DNA of 64,000 bases from Octopus bimaculoides (Eukaryota): NCBI RefSeq assembly GCF_001194135.2, contig NC_068983.1, positions 108,196,338-108,260,337 of the forward strand. The letters are read 5' to 3'. The translations under genes were made by a program, and so were the position numbers. Positions 11,758-25,666 of this stretch are shown piece by piece (positions within the stretch are counted from its first letter, which is position 1; each line of letters opens with the position of its first letter). Under the pieces are notes generated by a model. It searched no databases. It was not told the origin of the DNA and saw nothing but the letters and a program-made list of their open reading frames with translations.

Positions 11758-11819
<62 letters not shown>

Positions 11820-12134
11820 TACATAAAAGTGTGCATATAATCAAATTTTTTTCAACCAATCAATATTTCATTTTAAAACCTGATAAATAGTGACATTTGA
11901 ACTTTTAAACTGTTTTGGAGTATGGCATTAGTGGATTAGTCTTTTGGGGATGGTGAAGGAATGGGAATTGCTTTTGTAAAGTGAAATAAATTTGCTAGTC
12001 TGGAAACAAAAACCAGTCCATAAACTCTGTTTGCCTTCTCTTCTATGGTGCTCACTGCACTATACGGAAGCGTCACATAGTTTGTTAATTTATGTGATGC
12101 AGACAGGAATTGATTTGAATTAAATGCTTTAGAT

Positions 12135-12413
12135 CAGTGTTCCCTAACCTTTCTTTGCACTACTGCACAGTTTCATGCAAGTCAGTTTTCTACATACAGG
12201 GGGAGCAAGTGCATAACAAAATACAATAAAGTGCATAATATATATAATTCAATTATTACATATATAAAATATACATAATGCAAAATACACCCAGCAGAAT
12301 GTGAAAGTCAATGAAATAGAAATTAACTTCAAAAATTTATTCTTTTTGTGTGACCCAGAACTAAACAATCCCTGTCCAGTACTGGTCCACAACATGCTAG
12401 TTGGAGATACCTG
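12135..12413. mobile_element. hAT (Charlie-like) MITE, 279 bp
   Basis: Perfect 8-bp TSD CTTTAGAT (12127-12134 and 12414-12421); imperfect TIRs CAGTGTTCCCTAACC / AGTTGGAGATACCTG. An 8-bp TSD, CAG termini and an NTCTAGAN-like target are hAT-Charlie hallmarks. Confidence 0.85.
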
Positions 12414-12877
12414 CTTTAGATCAAGTTTCTAAATGTTACTGAAGTCTACATTTCAGTTCCGAGAATCAGACAACATTACATTTTTACAAATGAAACATTG
12501 TGACTAGTTTAATAATTATGTACATAAAGGTGGTCAGTTATTGTTCCAACATCCATCCATTCATAGACACAGAGCATAACTGTGAAATTATCAGCTAGTA
12601 AAAGAAATAATTCTTTTGAATAGATTAAACAAAATGAGATAAAGAAATGTAGCAATGAACCAAACTCTGTATGGTGTAATTCATTCAACAAACAATTTGT
12701 ATAAACTAATAAAGAAATATGGCTGATGCAACATGAATTTTTCGCTTTATAAAAATGATAATCTAAAATAGGCATACGGTGACATATCTTAGGGGTAAGT
12801 GTAACTAATACGTCTTTTATTAAACACAAAGGGATTGAAACAAAGTTGATTCTGATAGACCTTGAAGCCTTAACATA

Positions 12878-13022
12878 GCTGCAAGCATGGCTGTGTGGTA
12901 AGAAGCTTGCTTCTTAACCACATGGTTCTGGGTTCAGCCCCACTGCATGGCACCTTGGACAAGTGTCTTCTGCTATTGCCTTGTGAATGGATTTGGTAGA
13001 TAGAAACTGAAAGAAGCCCACC

Positions 13023-13064
<42 letters not shown>

Positions 13065-13290
13065 GTGTGTGTGTCTATGTTCATACGCCTGCTATTGCTT
13101 GACAACCAATGTTGGTGTGTTTATGTCCCCATAGATTAGCGATCCAGCAAAATATACTGATAGAATAAGTACTAAGCTTACAAAGAAAAAGTCCTAGGGT
13201 AGATTTCTTCAACAAAAACCCTTTAAGGTAGTGCTCCAGCATGGTTACAGTCAAATGACTGAAACAAGTAAAGCAATAAAAGAATAAAGG
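12878..13290 (+). mobile_element. SINE family A, full length
   Basis: Colinear with 548-897 including the internal (TA)n(TG)n; continues to an ...AAATGACTGAAACAAGTAAAG..AAAAGAATAAAG tail. Confidence 0.9.
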
Positions 13291-14040
13291 AATACAACCA
13301 AATGTTACAAGCGTTTGCCTTTTGTTCTACCAATTCTGCAATCCACCACCCTTTTAAAATAAAGCAATATTTTTTTATCTCTTGCTAGTTCTTAACTTAC
13401 AGTTTGTATGAATAAATGGCCTGCTGTGTATATTATGTCACTGGAGCAAGACATTGTCCTCCAACTGTATGAATATTAATGAAGAATCAATGAAAGATTT
13501 TGATGTCAGTATCTAATTCTCTTTAATTATGCTTGTAAACCAATTGACAATATAACTGAATTGAAATCATAAACTATTGAGTGAATCTTCAAATTAACAA
13601 TTAACCTAAAATTAGACACACTATTCCATAAAATGAAAGTATTGTTAATGATAAGATAGATAATTTAATATTATCAAAGCATCATTACTATGATCTGAGA
13701 AACAACATCTTACCATTTATCACTGTCCCAACCTATTATAAAACAGACTATACTTTATATAACAAGCACATAGGTTTAACTTTTCTTACATGAAAGATAA
13801 GGTAATAATGTCGACAATGTTTACAACTTGCTCAGCATCAGTCTAACTTCAACATTTTCAATACTAAGCCATATAAGCCTTGAAGTTTTTTTTACTAATA
13901 CATATCATCTATTCTGATCAGTTTGTGATATCAATTAACACTTTAGTCAGTAACTGAATATACTGGCCAATTCTAGCAACAATAACAACAGCAGTAGCAG
14001 CAGCAGTTGTTGTTGTAGAAGTAATTAAAAAAGTAACAAT

Positions 14041-14250
14041 TGTTTCAAATGTTGGTAAAAGGTCAACAGTTTTAGGAGGGAAGGTTGTTAGTCAATTAAT
14101 AGACCCTAGTACATGACTGGTACTTTGTCAAACTTGAAGGGATGAAAAGCGAAGTTGACCTTTGTGGGATTTGAACTCAGGAAGTACACTTCCAGGAGAA
14201 ATGCTGCTAAGCATTTTGTCTGATGCACTAACAGTTATGCAGCTCACCAC
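14041..14250 (-). mobile_element. SINE family B, old copy, type-2 tail
   Basis: TTTCAAATGTTGG tail, GACTGGTACT, GGATGAAAAGCGAAGTTGACC, GATTTGAACTCAG, CTAAGCATTTTG. Confidence 0.75.
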
Positions 14251-14256
14251 CACCAC

Positions 14257-14325
<69 letters not shown>
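14257..14325. repeat. (AAT)n microsatellite, about 23 units
   Basis: Direct. Confidence 0.98.
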
Positions 14326-14327
<2 letters not shown>

Positions 14328-15728
14328 TCTACTCTTTACAATTCTATCCACAAATTATTTTAAATTCAAACAACCAGTGCATTTATTTCTCTGTTTCTCC
14401 TTTTTAAGCTAGGACTCAATTTTTTTTGTTTTTCACCAACAAAGGCACATAAGGTTGTAAAACTTTTTATTGCTGCAGCTCCCAAGACATGTTCTTATTA
14501 TTGGTTTCATGTGTTCTTCAAATAAGTTACCTATTTACAACCATATTCATTATGTTTTTACATCTTTGTATTATAAAGTAACATCTTTATCATAACAAGA
14601 AAGCATTCTATTTGCTATGTTCACAATGCATGTCTAATCAACACTTGATTCAATTGCCAAAAGTAAGTAGTCATACAATACTGAAGAATGAAGAGATAAA
14701 GCATGTGATGCATGCAACCATGTGAGTGAGTGAATGAGTATGTGTGTGTGTGTGCATGTGTATGTGTGTGTGTGTGCATGTGTATGTGTGTGTGTGTGTG
14801 TGTGTGTGCGTAGTGTCCAATTATTGCAATTATACATTGAAATGACAGAAAACAGTTTGAATTAGATGATTTTATTCTGAATTCTCCAATGAATTTTGAA
14901 ATTAGCTCCATTTGAATTCACCAGTCAGTACTGACTGAGGAAATAGTTTAATGAGACGACAAGAATATGATGTACAATAGGATGTGTAACTAGCATTAGA
15001 GCAAATAAACCTCTTAATCCAAAGATCTTAAATCAGGAAAGCAATTCAAATGTTTCTTCAGACTAGCAATGCAGATATCTAGGAAAGCTTATAATGAAAT
15101 ATAAGATTGTTAATAAACAACATCCGAGGGGCTGACTAAGCTATTTCCAAGTGGATGAGATGGTGCTCTCAAAATAAACGCAGTGGTCTTGAAAGTGCAA
15201 AAATCTGCAATGCTAGATTACAAGCTATATTAGAAATATGACAAATAACAAGGGATGTCTAGGAATATGATTATACATATCTTTGTGAATCAACAAATAT
15301 GCATGAATGCTACTTAAAAAAATCCAGGCCACCTAAAGCTGAAACAATCATTAATTTTATAAAATTCAAGCAACTTGGAAAGAGAAAAGAAAAGCAGTTT
15401 TGTTTTTTGTATGAATATGCAAGGTCATGGGATAATATTAATAGCTAATAAGTACAAACTATTATGAAAATGTTTCAAAGATACAAAATAGAAACTTTCT
15501 TATCAATACAGATAGGTCTTAACTAGTTCACCACATACCCTGTTGAAGACACTTATTTTGATCACTATGGAATGGAGCCTTTTCAATAATAATAATAGTG
15601 ATGATCAGACAATAACAGCAGAAAGCATAATATATGTTGAATATGTTAGGGACCCATGAATTCTGATAATAATAACTATTTGATTGCATCAACTGTAATT
15701 ATACTAAATGGCTTCTGTGTATACATAT

Positions 15729-15762
15729 GAGAGAGAGAGTGTGTGTGTGTGTGAGAGAGAGT

Positions 15763-15797
<35 letters not shown>

Positions 15798-15814
15798 NNN
15801 NNNNNNNTGAGAGA

Positions 15815-15858
<44 letters not shown>

Positions 15859-15875
15859 GTGAATGTGAGAGCGAG
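15729..15875. repeat. (GA)n/(GT)n microsatellite containing a 10-N gap
   Basis: Direct. Confidence 0.97.
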
Positions 15876-18084
15876 AATTGATTCTTCAAGTTGAAATATA
15901 ATAAGATATGTTTCTGTTTATGCTAATTGTACATAAACATAAACGTCTCAGTGCCAGTTTATAGTTTATACTTGTATGTTAAGATTAATCCCACATTTTG
16001 AGAAATGCAAAATATGTCTTTTATGATTTTGTTACAATTTCTTCAAAGCTTATATCATTTTTGAAAAACATGTAACTTAAAAAGGTAACTCTGTCTTCTG
16101 AAGCTGTTTTCATCATCATCATCATGTAGGTGTAAATATTGAAAACTGATGGAAACATTCCTTAATTTTACAATTATGTTACTGCTAACAACAGTTAAAT
16201 TTTCACACTATAGACCTACTTACAGTAAGATACATCATGTTATTGGAAACACCACAGTCTCAATTTGGAAACAGTGAAAAGACACAAGCCACCAAGCAAA
16301 CAGCTAGTTGTCCAATATAGCCTGCTGAATTGTCCAGTCGTTGCTTGCAATTAATAAAAAAATAATGAAACTATAATAGAATATAGTGAAAAGAAAACAG
16401 TGTTTATTTCCCCATTAATCTTTTCAATACCACAACAAATTGACTGAAAGAAGAACAATAGCTTTTACAGCAACTGTCAAAGACTGGCAACACATCTTGA
16501 AACATAACCAAGTAGCTAGCTGGGAGAGTATTGTAAAATGTCAACACTCAATATATGTTTCAAAATGAAGGATTATATAAGAATTAGATAAATAATCTAA
16601 CATCCTCAGTCCAGAAGAAGATGGGATATTTGGATAACTGCCATATTATGCTAATTTGTATGGTGCCAAACTTGTTGATGGTTTACCATGCATGATGATC
16701 ATGAGCTGTACTAATGCCAATGGGTTTCTAAGGAAAGCAGCACTGTTTATGTGGGAATGAAATGATCACTTGAGGTTACTGATTAAAATTCAATATGAAG
16801 CAGATATTGTTTGCTTATTTTTTCTTTCAATGAAGCTGTTATAATTCTCTATGTAAGAAGAATAAATGGAATGATCATTAATAGAAAAAAATTTGTTAAT
16901 ACAGTATTTTTCTTAGACACTATGAGTGTGACTAAGGAGAAAAGTAATGCTCTAATGATAAAAATTACTGCTAAATGAATATGAATGAAATAATTGCAAA
17001 TAGTTATTTCATTTAAGTTCCCAACAAACCAAATTATTTACAAAGCAATAATTAGACTAATTATTAAGATATATATTCTGCAGTCAATGCTTTATGCCTA
17101 GTTTAGTAGTTTGGGCCGTTTTTAAGTTCCTTCTTTGTTAAATTTATATAGTTTTTATTTTTATTTTTACATACATTCATTAACAATAACATAAATGTAT
17201 ATATAATCTTGAAGGGGCTCCAATGAGCCAATAAGTTAATTACAATTTTAATGCAAATATTTGTCTTAAATATTTGACTATTTAGGTAAGAGAAATAGAC
17301 AAAAAAATGTATTTCTCTGGGAACAAAGTTTAACAAGCATTTCTGGAAATATACCTATAACATATAGCATAGGATTCTCAAATCCATAAAGGTATGCAAG
17401 AGTACTCGCAGTTTGTGAAAACACTGGAATTTTTAAGTAATCACAACCAATGAAATGCAACTTGAGTCTAGAAAATATATGGAGAAATTTTGTTATTTAT
17501 GTTCTCTTATCACTGTGAATAAAGGTTTTCAGTGATGTTTATAACTGAAAACAAATTTTGTAAACAACTGTCAATTAAGAATGATGTGTCAATGTGCTTC
17601 TCTGAAACTGCCTAGGATTGAGTTACTCATTAAGAAGAGCCAAGCTATTCCACCTTCTTAAAAATGTAATAGTAAAGTAAATGAAATTGATTTCTTACAT
17701 AGGTACAAGTTAAGAAATATGAAAGAAAAAACAGTTGAGTATACTGAACTCAGTACTTGACTGATATTTTATAAACTCTGGAAGAGAAGCAAAGTTGATT
17801 ACGTTGCAATTTGAACTATTTGAATTAAATTAGATTAATACTAATAATAGATATCTGTTCTATGACATCCAAGCATTTTATGCTGTATTATTCACATGAG
17901 ATATGCCAATGATGAAGGGGTATACTCAACAAAAAGATTTGAGAACCCTTGATACAGTGGATATATTAATTACACATCTATATATTAAATTCAGCTGATG
18001 TTGAAAGTCAACAAAGTTTGCTTTAGAAGCATTGAGATGTATTGAAAGATATCTATATGTATATATGTATGCATGTGTGTGTGA

Positions 18085-18490
18085 TCATTTAGCATCCACT
18101 TTTCCCTGCTTGCATAAATCACATAGAATCTAAGACCACTCCTAACCTGTTTCCAAGCAAAGCAATATGTAACCATAGCTCGATATGTTTCTCATAGAAG
18201 ACTGGAAATAAGCAACCTCACCACATTTGTATGATGTTGATGCTCATTTACAACCATCATGCTGTGTCTCAAGAAAGGTAAACACACACACACACACACA
18301 CACATACACACACACACACACACACACAACAGGCATCTTTCAGTTTCAGTCTATCAAATGCACTCACTAGGCTTTGATTGGTCTAGGGGTATAGTAGAAG
18401 ACAGTTGCCCAAGGTGCTGTGCAGTGGGACTGAACCATGACCACATAGTTGGGAAGCAAACTTCACAACAGTACAGCCATGTCTGCACCT
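18085..18490 (-). mobile_element. SINE family A head with alternative RTE-type 3' half
   Basis: 18330-18490 is the reverse complement of the family A head; after (CA)n, 18130-18275 matches 35075-35210; 18087-18120 resembles the RTE terminus CATTTAACGTCCGCTTTCCATGCTAGCAT. Confidence 0.75.
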
Positions 18491-18524
18491 ACTACTACAA
18501 CATACATACACACATAACCTTAAA

Positions 18525-18775
18525 TACTGATTTCAAATTTTGGTACAAGACCAGCCGTTTCAAGGAAGGGGATAAGTCAATAACGTCAACTCCAGTGTTC
18601 AACTGGTACTTATTTTAATGACCCCCACCCAAAAGAATGAAATGCAAAGTTGACCTCAGCAGAATTTGAACTTGGAATGTAAAGACAAATGAAATGCCAC
18701 TAATGCCATTTTACTTAACATAAGCATGTTAAGTAAAATGCTATTTTACCTAACATGCTAATGATTCTGCCAGCC
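18525..18775 (-). mobile_element. SINE family B, type-2 tail, with internal fold-back duplication
   Basis: TTTCAAATTTTGGTACAAGACCAGC tail, central domain, GAATTTGAAC; rearranged at 18707-18757. Confidence 0.85.
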
Positions 18776-19103
18776 TTACACATATACTTAAATATTAAGA
18801 AGAGATACTGATAGAATAATACAAAATGAAATTGAATAACTTAGTTCAGATAAAGCAGAAAATAATTTATTACAGTTCTCCAGGTAACATGCAATTGGGA
18901 AAGCAGCTTGGTATGATAGTTTCAGAATGTTAAGCTTTAGAAAAGTTTTAGTAATCAACTATAAAATAAGAAATTTAAGAAACCTAAAGTAATATTGAAA
19001 ATTTCGATGTTCTGAATGCATAAGGTTCTGTTTTTGATAAATATTCAGGACTGATAATGAAGTCTGATGCCTTTGGGTTTTCACCATTTTATTAGAATAA
19101 AGA

Positions 19104-19345
19104 GAAGGCACAGTGGTTAGTGGTTAGGATGTTGGACTCATGATCATAAGATTGTGGTTTCAATTCCTGGACCAGGTGACATGTGTTCTTGAGCAAAATG
19201 CTTCATTTCAAGATGCTCCAGTTCACCCAGCTGGCAAAAATGAGTAATGCCATGATGGATTGGTGTCCTGTCCGGGTCAGGAATATATACACCATGGAAA
19301 TCACCCCTATGAATCTGCATGACTTAGGAAGTAACTTCACTCTTA
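19104..19345 (+). mobile_element. tRNA-headed SINE, family D (CORE-like centre)
   Basis: TGGTTAGTGG A box, GGTTTCAATTCC B box, then TTGAGCAAAATGCTTCATTTC..TGCTCCAGTTCACCCAGCTGGCAAAAATGAGT..GATGGATTGGTGTCCTGTCC, resembling invertebrate CORE-type SINE bodies (superfamily assignment is inference). Confidence 0.7.
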
Positions 19346-19360
19346 CACGTATGTATATAA

Positions 19361-19405
<45 letters not shown>

Positions 19406-19637
19406 TGTGTGTATACAGAGAGAGAGAGAGAGAGAGAGTTATATCATTCAATAAATCACAAAGATTAATTTCACACAGAGACATGAAAAACAATAGTTAA
19501 GTAAGTATTAACTTATTTAATTTATGTAGTTTGCATCAACAATGTAATTAGAAATACTTATGTGGTGAGTAAAATATATAAGCTCAATCCTCCTAATGTT
19601 TTTACAGCAAATGCAATGAGACTCTTTTCTTTGGCTA

Positions 19638-19689
<52 letters not shown>

Positions 19690-19855
19690 GCCCTTTCTAC
19701 TATAGGCGCAAGATCTGAAATTTTGGGGGTGAGGGCTAGTTGATTTCTTTGACCCCAGTACTCAACTGGTACTTATTTCATCAACCCCAAAAGGATGAAA
19801 GTCAAAGCTAACCCCAATGGAATTTGAACTCAGAACACAAAGATGGATGAGATAA
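19690..19855 (-). mobile_element. SINE family B, type-1 tail, with long (ATT)n tail at 19643-19689
   Basis: CCTTTCTACTATAGGCGCAAG..GACCCCAGTACTCAACTGGTACTTATT..GGAATTTGAACTCAGAAC. Confidence 0.9.
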
Positions 19856-21422
19856 GATGTTAAATTAATTTACTAATATTTTTTGATTAGACACAGCCCA
19901 TGTTTAACAGAGGGTAAAATCTAGGTTAACACATGTTAAATTGCCTTCACCCAGACTGAAATTACAAAATAGTATCTGCTTTTCAGGAGATTACAAGTTA
20001 CTGAAGAAATTAATGTTTAATAAAATTTATTATGTTGTACTGAGAGGGAAAGAAGAAATAAGTCACTGATTTTTTTTTTTATTTCACTGATTAGAGAAAG
20101 TGTGCAGATGTAAGATGTAGATTATATATTTCACTTGCTACAGGTTTCAATCAAGAAGAAATGCATTTTGAGAAATCCACTTCTTGATGTTGAAGGAAAT
20201 ATTGGTGCTAATCTATGATAGAGTGTGAGCCATGAGAGTATGGAGGTGATATTCTTGGTTGGAGTCTTGAAACATTGTTTAATAACTAATTTATTATCAC
20301 TTCAGAAGAAAGGGTCATCACAACAGTAGCCAGAATAGATAATCAATAATTCTCTATGGTTTATCCTTCATGACAAAGTTAATTACACTAATGTTGATTA
20401 AATATGTTGTAGGCAATTTTAAAGTTATGTTGAAAAAGAAAAAAAAACAACTAAAATTCAAATAAAAATAACCTATGGAAAAGTGTATTTACTATGACAA
20501 AGAAAGTATTCAATTATTCACAATAGAGAAAAAAAATTGACTGTAATGTTAAGTAGAAAAATAATGAACAGAAAATTTGTTTGATTTGAAAATGAATTCA
20601 AAACATTATTGAATGTAAATAAGTAGGAAATATATATTATTTCTCAATACTGTTAAATATATTCTTACACAGACACACAAATGCATGCACATATATATAG
20701 GAGAGAGAGAGACAGACAGACAGAGAGCAAAATATACAAACCTATCATGCACACAATTATATACATAAAAGCTTTACCCATATTAATCATTGACACAACA
20801 CTCTAATACTGATGGCAAAAACTAATATCAGAATTCACTAGGAAATGGTGAGGTGTTTTGATTATTTTATCATTTCATCAATATGTGACGATGAACTTGC
20901 TTTGTCATCCTGTCACAGTATCATTTTTCTTCAAGTATTAGTCAAAGTGACCAACAGAAAGTATTAATGAAGTTTGAAACTACAAAACAGAAAAAATATA
21001 AAATGCAAACTCAGTTCTTGAGCTTCAAATAATTAATATCAATCCTTTTAATTCCAGTCAAAATCATAAAGAGAGAATAACTAATACTTAAATAGATGAA
21101 TGCATATCATAAAAAAGATAGGTATCACTTATATGACAGCAATAAGTAACTTTCCTTCCATAAAATAATTTTGTCTTCTGACAAATACAAATGATAGCTT
21201 CAACAGTCCTCTAATGGGATAGAGGAATAGCAGATCACCAAGTCTCTCTCTCTCTCTCTCTCTCTGTTTCCACCTCTACCCCTCACTCTCAGTTTACTGT
21301 TCACTAAAGAACACACTAACATGAAACACATAATCAGTTGTGGGATTTGTTAGAATCAAGGTATTTTAACATGCAGGACATCATAGATACATATACATAC
21401 AAGGATGTAAATTCACGATCCA

Positions 21423-22117
21423 ATGCAAAGTACTGGGGGAGTCAATGCTGAGAAAAAAAGTTTTAATAATGATATCAGTACAAATGCAGTAGCTGACAAC
21501 TACTATGATTCTGATGTAATTGAACATTATGGGTCTACACATGTTCAATCAGACTGCACTAACCCCATTGGGGTTAGCAATAATAGGAATGTAAACAATG
21601 ATAGTAATGTTATTAAATCAAGTCATTCAATTAGTTTTAATGCTACACCTAGCTTATATAATAATAACAATCCTAATAGCCTGGTAACTCTACAATGTGC
21701 AACTGTCATAATAGGGATATCTGTCCACTTAATAATACCTGTTTAACTAGGACTACAGTTTATAAGTATAATGTAACAACTGATACGAAACTCTTCACCT
21801 ACATAGGCTTAACATCTTGCAAATTCAAATCTAGATTGTGTAATCATCTTGCATCATTCAAAAATCACAATAAAGCTTGCATTACATCATTGGCAGAAAA
21901 AGTGTGGTAACTAAAGGATAGTAATATTCAATTTGAAATTGCTTGAAGCAAGGCATTGCCATATTCAAATGGCATGTATGGTTGTACACTGTGCTGTGCA
22001 GAATTATATGAGATCTTAAAATATCCAGGTAACCTGCTTAATAAGGCACAGGAACTTAAAATAAAATGCTTACATGACATTAGGCATATATTTGTTTATT
22101 TTAAGCTTGTTGGGTAA
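21423..22117 (+). mobile_element. Penelope-like element remnant: GIY-YIG endonuclease pseudo-ORF preceded by an Asn/Ser-rich segment
   Basis: 21695-22117 in one frame: CNCHNRDICPLNNTCL..VYKYNV..YIGLTSCKFKSRLCNHLASFK..SLAEKVW*LKD..IA*SKALPYSNG..CTLCCAE..NLLNKAQELKIKCLH. Matches the PLE signature CNC-CPL-CL / VY..YIG / R..H..SF / C.LC..E / LNKR.E..KC.H, with two in-frame stops. No RT seen upstream. Confidence 0.88.
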
Positions 22118-22789
22118 CATCTGTTATACCATATAACCTACCTCTCCTGGACACTAATCCCTTATACTGTTTCTGATATTATTATTATTATCTTTATAAT
22201 GACATAATATGATGCATGACTTCACACACAATGTCAACATTCTCTTATTCTCTCATTTGTATTTCTCTCACATCCTAATTTTAAATTTATATGGCATATT
22301 CTGTTTATCTTTTCATTTATCTGCTATATGCCTATTATATCATACCTAACTAATTATCTATTCAACATAGATGATGGCGAGTATATGAATTTAACATATA
22401 GGCTATACATTTATTATCTATAAGTAAATATATATGGGTGTACATGTGTATATGTAAGCAAAAGTATGTGAATAAGTATATTTGTGATTTTATTTGTATA
22501 TTTATGCGCTAAAGGTTCATATATTTCTTTCCTCCTATACTCCACAGGTCTCATTATTATTATCTGATGTCCAATTATGAGATATATCGAGATGCAATCT
22601 AACATACTACTTATTATTATTGTTGTTATTTTACTTTGTGTTGTTATTGCTGCTGTTTATACATGCCTGATTATGATATTTACATTTTACTTTAATGTCT
22701 GAATTTGTTGTGTGTTCACACTTTTGTGTGAATGTATATATGTATACATTAATAGGATTTTCTGCATATTTGTCTATATGTATGTTTAT

Positions 22790-22983
22790 ATTGTGTGTGT
22801 ATGTAAATAAATATATGTATGTATATATATATTCATTTAAGTGTGTGACTATGTATGTAGATATCTGTGCATATATGTGTATGTGTGTGTGTGTATCTAT
22901 ATATACATATATGTATTTGAGTGTGTGTGTGTGTGTGTGTGTATATGTTTGAGTATGTGTATCTATGTGTGCACATGTACACA

Positions 22984-23032
<49 letters not shown>

Positions 23033-23035
23033 CAT
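22790..23035. repeat. Compound (TG)n/(TA)n microsatellite
   Basis: Direct. Confidence 0.96.
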
Positions 23036-25254
23036 ATGAGAGTATGTGTGTTTAATCGTATATGTACTTACTACAAAAGGCACATGAGACATCACAAGAC
23101 TTTTCTCTGAAGTCACCACTCTGAACAATTACCCCTTTCATTTTCTCTTTTCCCTCTGTCTTTTTTTTTTCTCACTGTCTTCCTCGTCTCTTTTTCTCTA
23201 TCTATCTAGTCCCATTTGAAGACATAAGTTTAAATAGGGTTCTATGAAGATTTTATTTCCCACTGACTTCTACCCTGAGTGTTTCCATCACAGCCAGTTA
23301 AATTTAGACAGTTGTTGATATATTTTTCACTCTCTTTCAAGATAGCTAACAAAGAGGGTCATTCAACATCTTGTCATTTATTCTAAATTTTAATCACCTG
23401 ATGAAAGCGTTTTTTTTTTTCATGATGTGATTATTATATAATCAAACTCTTCATCGATAAAAATGCATCTGAAACAGCTGTAGTGAACCATAAACCCATT
23501 TGTGTTCTTCTTCTACACACAGATACATATATTGTATGTTTGTATCTATATATGTGTGTGTGTGTATGTAATGTATTTACATATATATATGTTGGCATAT
23601 GTATGTGTGTATACATATACATATATACATACATACACACACACACACACACATAGATATCTTTTATATGTATATTGGAAAGTTCCACAAATATATATGA
23701 TGTATACATTAATGGTGTGCATTCAAACAAATCCTGTCTCATTTCTGCCACTCTTTCACATTTAATACCCAATTCTTACTATAATGCACCAACTCAGTTT
23801 AAACATTGTCCACAAGAGTTGATTTCCCAGAGAGGAGAAAGATTGTTGTGAGGAGATAGAGGAACATCTCTAACTTTATTTCTTTAATTTCTTTTTATCA
23901 TAATTTCAATATTTGGCAGATCTGATTTTATATTGGATACAAAGAAAATAAATTTCTATTGGATATCTGAAGGTGAACATTACAAAACATACACTTACAG
24001 GTGTGTAATTCAAAATAGAAGTGGTTGAAAGCTACAATGCCTGGATACATTGATGAATAGCTCCTTAAACTCTGATGTGGAGATTATATTCAAATCTACC
24101 AAAGAAGAAAATATGCCAGTCATATATAAGAGTATCTTAGTTTTTCTTTTAAGCAAATGTTTCATATTAAAGAAGAAGAATTGTATAATTTTGTTACATA
24201 CTTATTTCAAAATCCCAGCAGAGTTAGGCTTTCCTTTGATATTTACAGATTTAATACAAATATCAGCATGGACGAGATTAAATCCAGTAAATTATACTCT
24301 TTCCTAACAAATATGTAGTTTTGTGCAGATGAAAGATATTATCATTAGTAACAGCACCCAGTTTTAAGAAAAGAGCTAAATTTAATTTCCAGTGCATCAA
24401 TATTTGAATTTACAACTGAAAAATTCAGAAGCACTTAAATACTAGTAAATCAATCACAATTTGTACACACATAAGCATACGCATCCATCTGTTCATCCAC
24501 TTCCCACATATACAGATATTCTTGAGTATAAACATATATCACATACATGACATTATGCTTGCAAAAAGTATTACAAAAGAAAGAGTATTCAATATATGTA
24601 GAGTAAAGTTGGGTTATTTTTTTCTACAAATTTTCTTAGATATGTTATTGTTTCAAATGCTCTTCATACCTTCTCATGAATACCTACTAACTGTGATACT
24701 TGAACTAATGGAATAGTCAACTTCAACAGTGTGTTAACATTTGTTTGGGTACATAGAAAAGCATGAATATATATATATATATATAACACTTAGAAACTTC
24801 ATTAAGCTTCAGTTGAAACTTTTAAGCTTCATTATAGTTTTTATGCCACTTCCTTTCAGTTGATAAAAGGTTTAATGCCATGATAGTTTGAGTCAATGAT
24901 TAATAACATTGTTAGAGTGAATTATATAGGAATGACAAATCAGAAGTAGAATTAAAAAACAAGGCCAGATCAGAAGGAAGAATGTTTCATTTGCTGAGAG
25001 CATTTATTATAGATTTAGTTCAGTTAGGTATGATAAACACAATGTCAGCTGAGCATTAGGATTGATCACAAGTTGGTTCGAATTAGATTAGATTCCAATT
25101 TGTAGTCAAAAGATAATTCAGTGACTATTGAAGTCAGACAAGCAATTGTACTTAAACTAACAAGTATTTCTGACAGCAGCGCAGTGATGTTATAAACTAA
25201 TATCACAAGCATATAGATGACTTTGTGGCAAGTGCCAAGACTTTGATGAAGTAC

Positions 25255-25520
25255 AATAGGTGTGAAGCTGAAGTATTGATGAAATCAAACCACAATATGG
25301 GCACTGTGTTGTGTCCCTAAGCAAGGCATATTATTTCCTTTCCTTTAGCCTGTCAGGCAACAGGCACTGCACCTCATTAATTGTTAAATAATTGGTATAG
25401 GGAATGTCATGCAGCATTTACAACAATTCTTTCAATTGCATAAAAACTCAATAGTTGCAAAACTCGTCCCACCCATGCATGAATTTAATGAGATGTATGA
25501 CTAAGTGTCATCAGCATTTT
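25255..25520 (+). mobile_element. Ancient SINE-like remnant (CORE-like centre, RTE-like tail)
   Basis: GCACTGTGTTGTGTCCCTAAGCAAGGCATATT and CCCACCCATGCATGAA..TGTATG; heavily decayed. Confidence 0.4.
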
Positions 25521-25628
25521 CTTTCTCTCTCATACATACATACATACATGAATAGATGTGTGTATGTGCGTGCATGCATGTGCATGCATATGCATGTGCA
25601 TGCATGTGCGTGCATGATTCTCTCTCTC

Positions 25629-25666
<38 letters not shown>

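Noticed and set aside
14922-14937. Perfect 16-bp palindrome CAGTCAGTACTGACTG
   Set aside because: About one 8-bp-arm perfect palindrome is expected by chance in 64 kb.
22365-22425. Possible second hammerhead downstream of the PLE ORF (TAGATGA-TGGC..TATATG/CATATA..GCTA-TACA)
   Set aside because: Position fits, but both core boxes have two mismatches and no stem I is visible.
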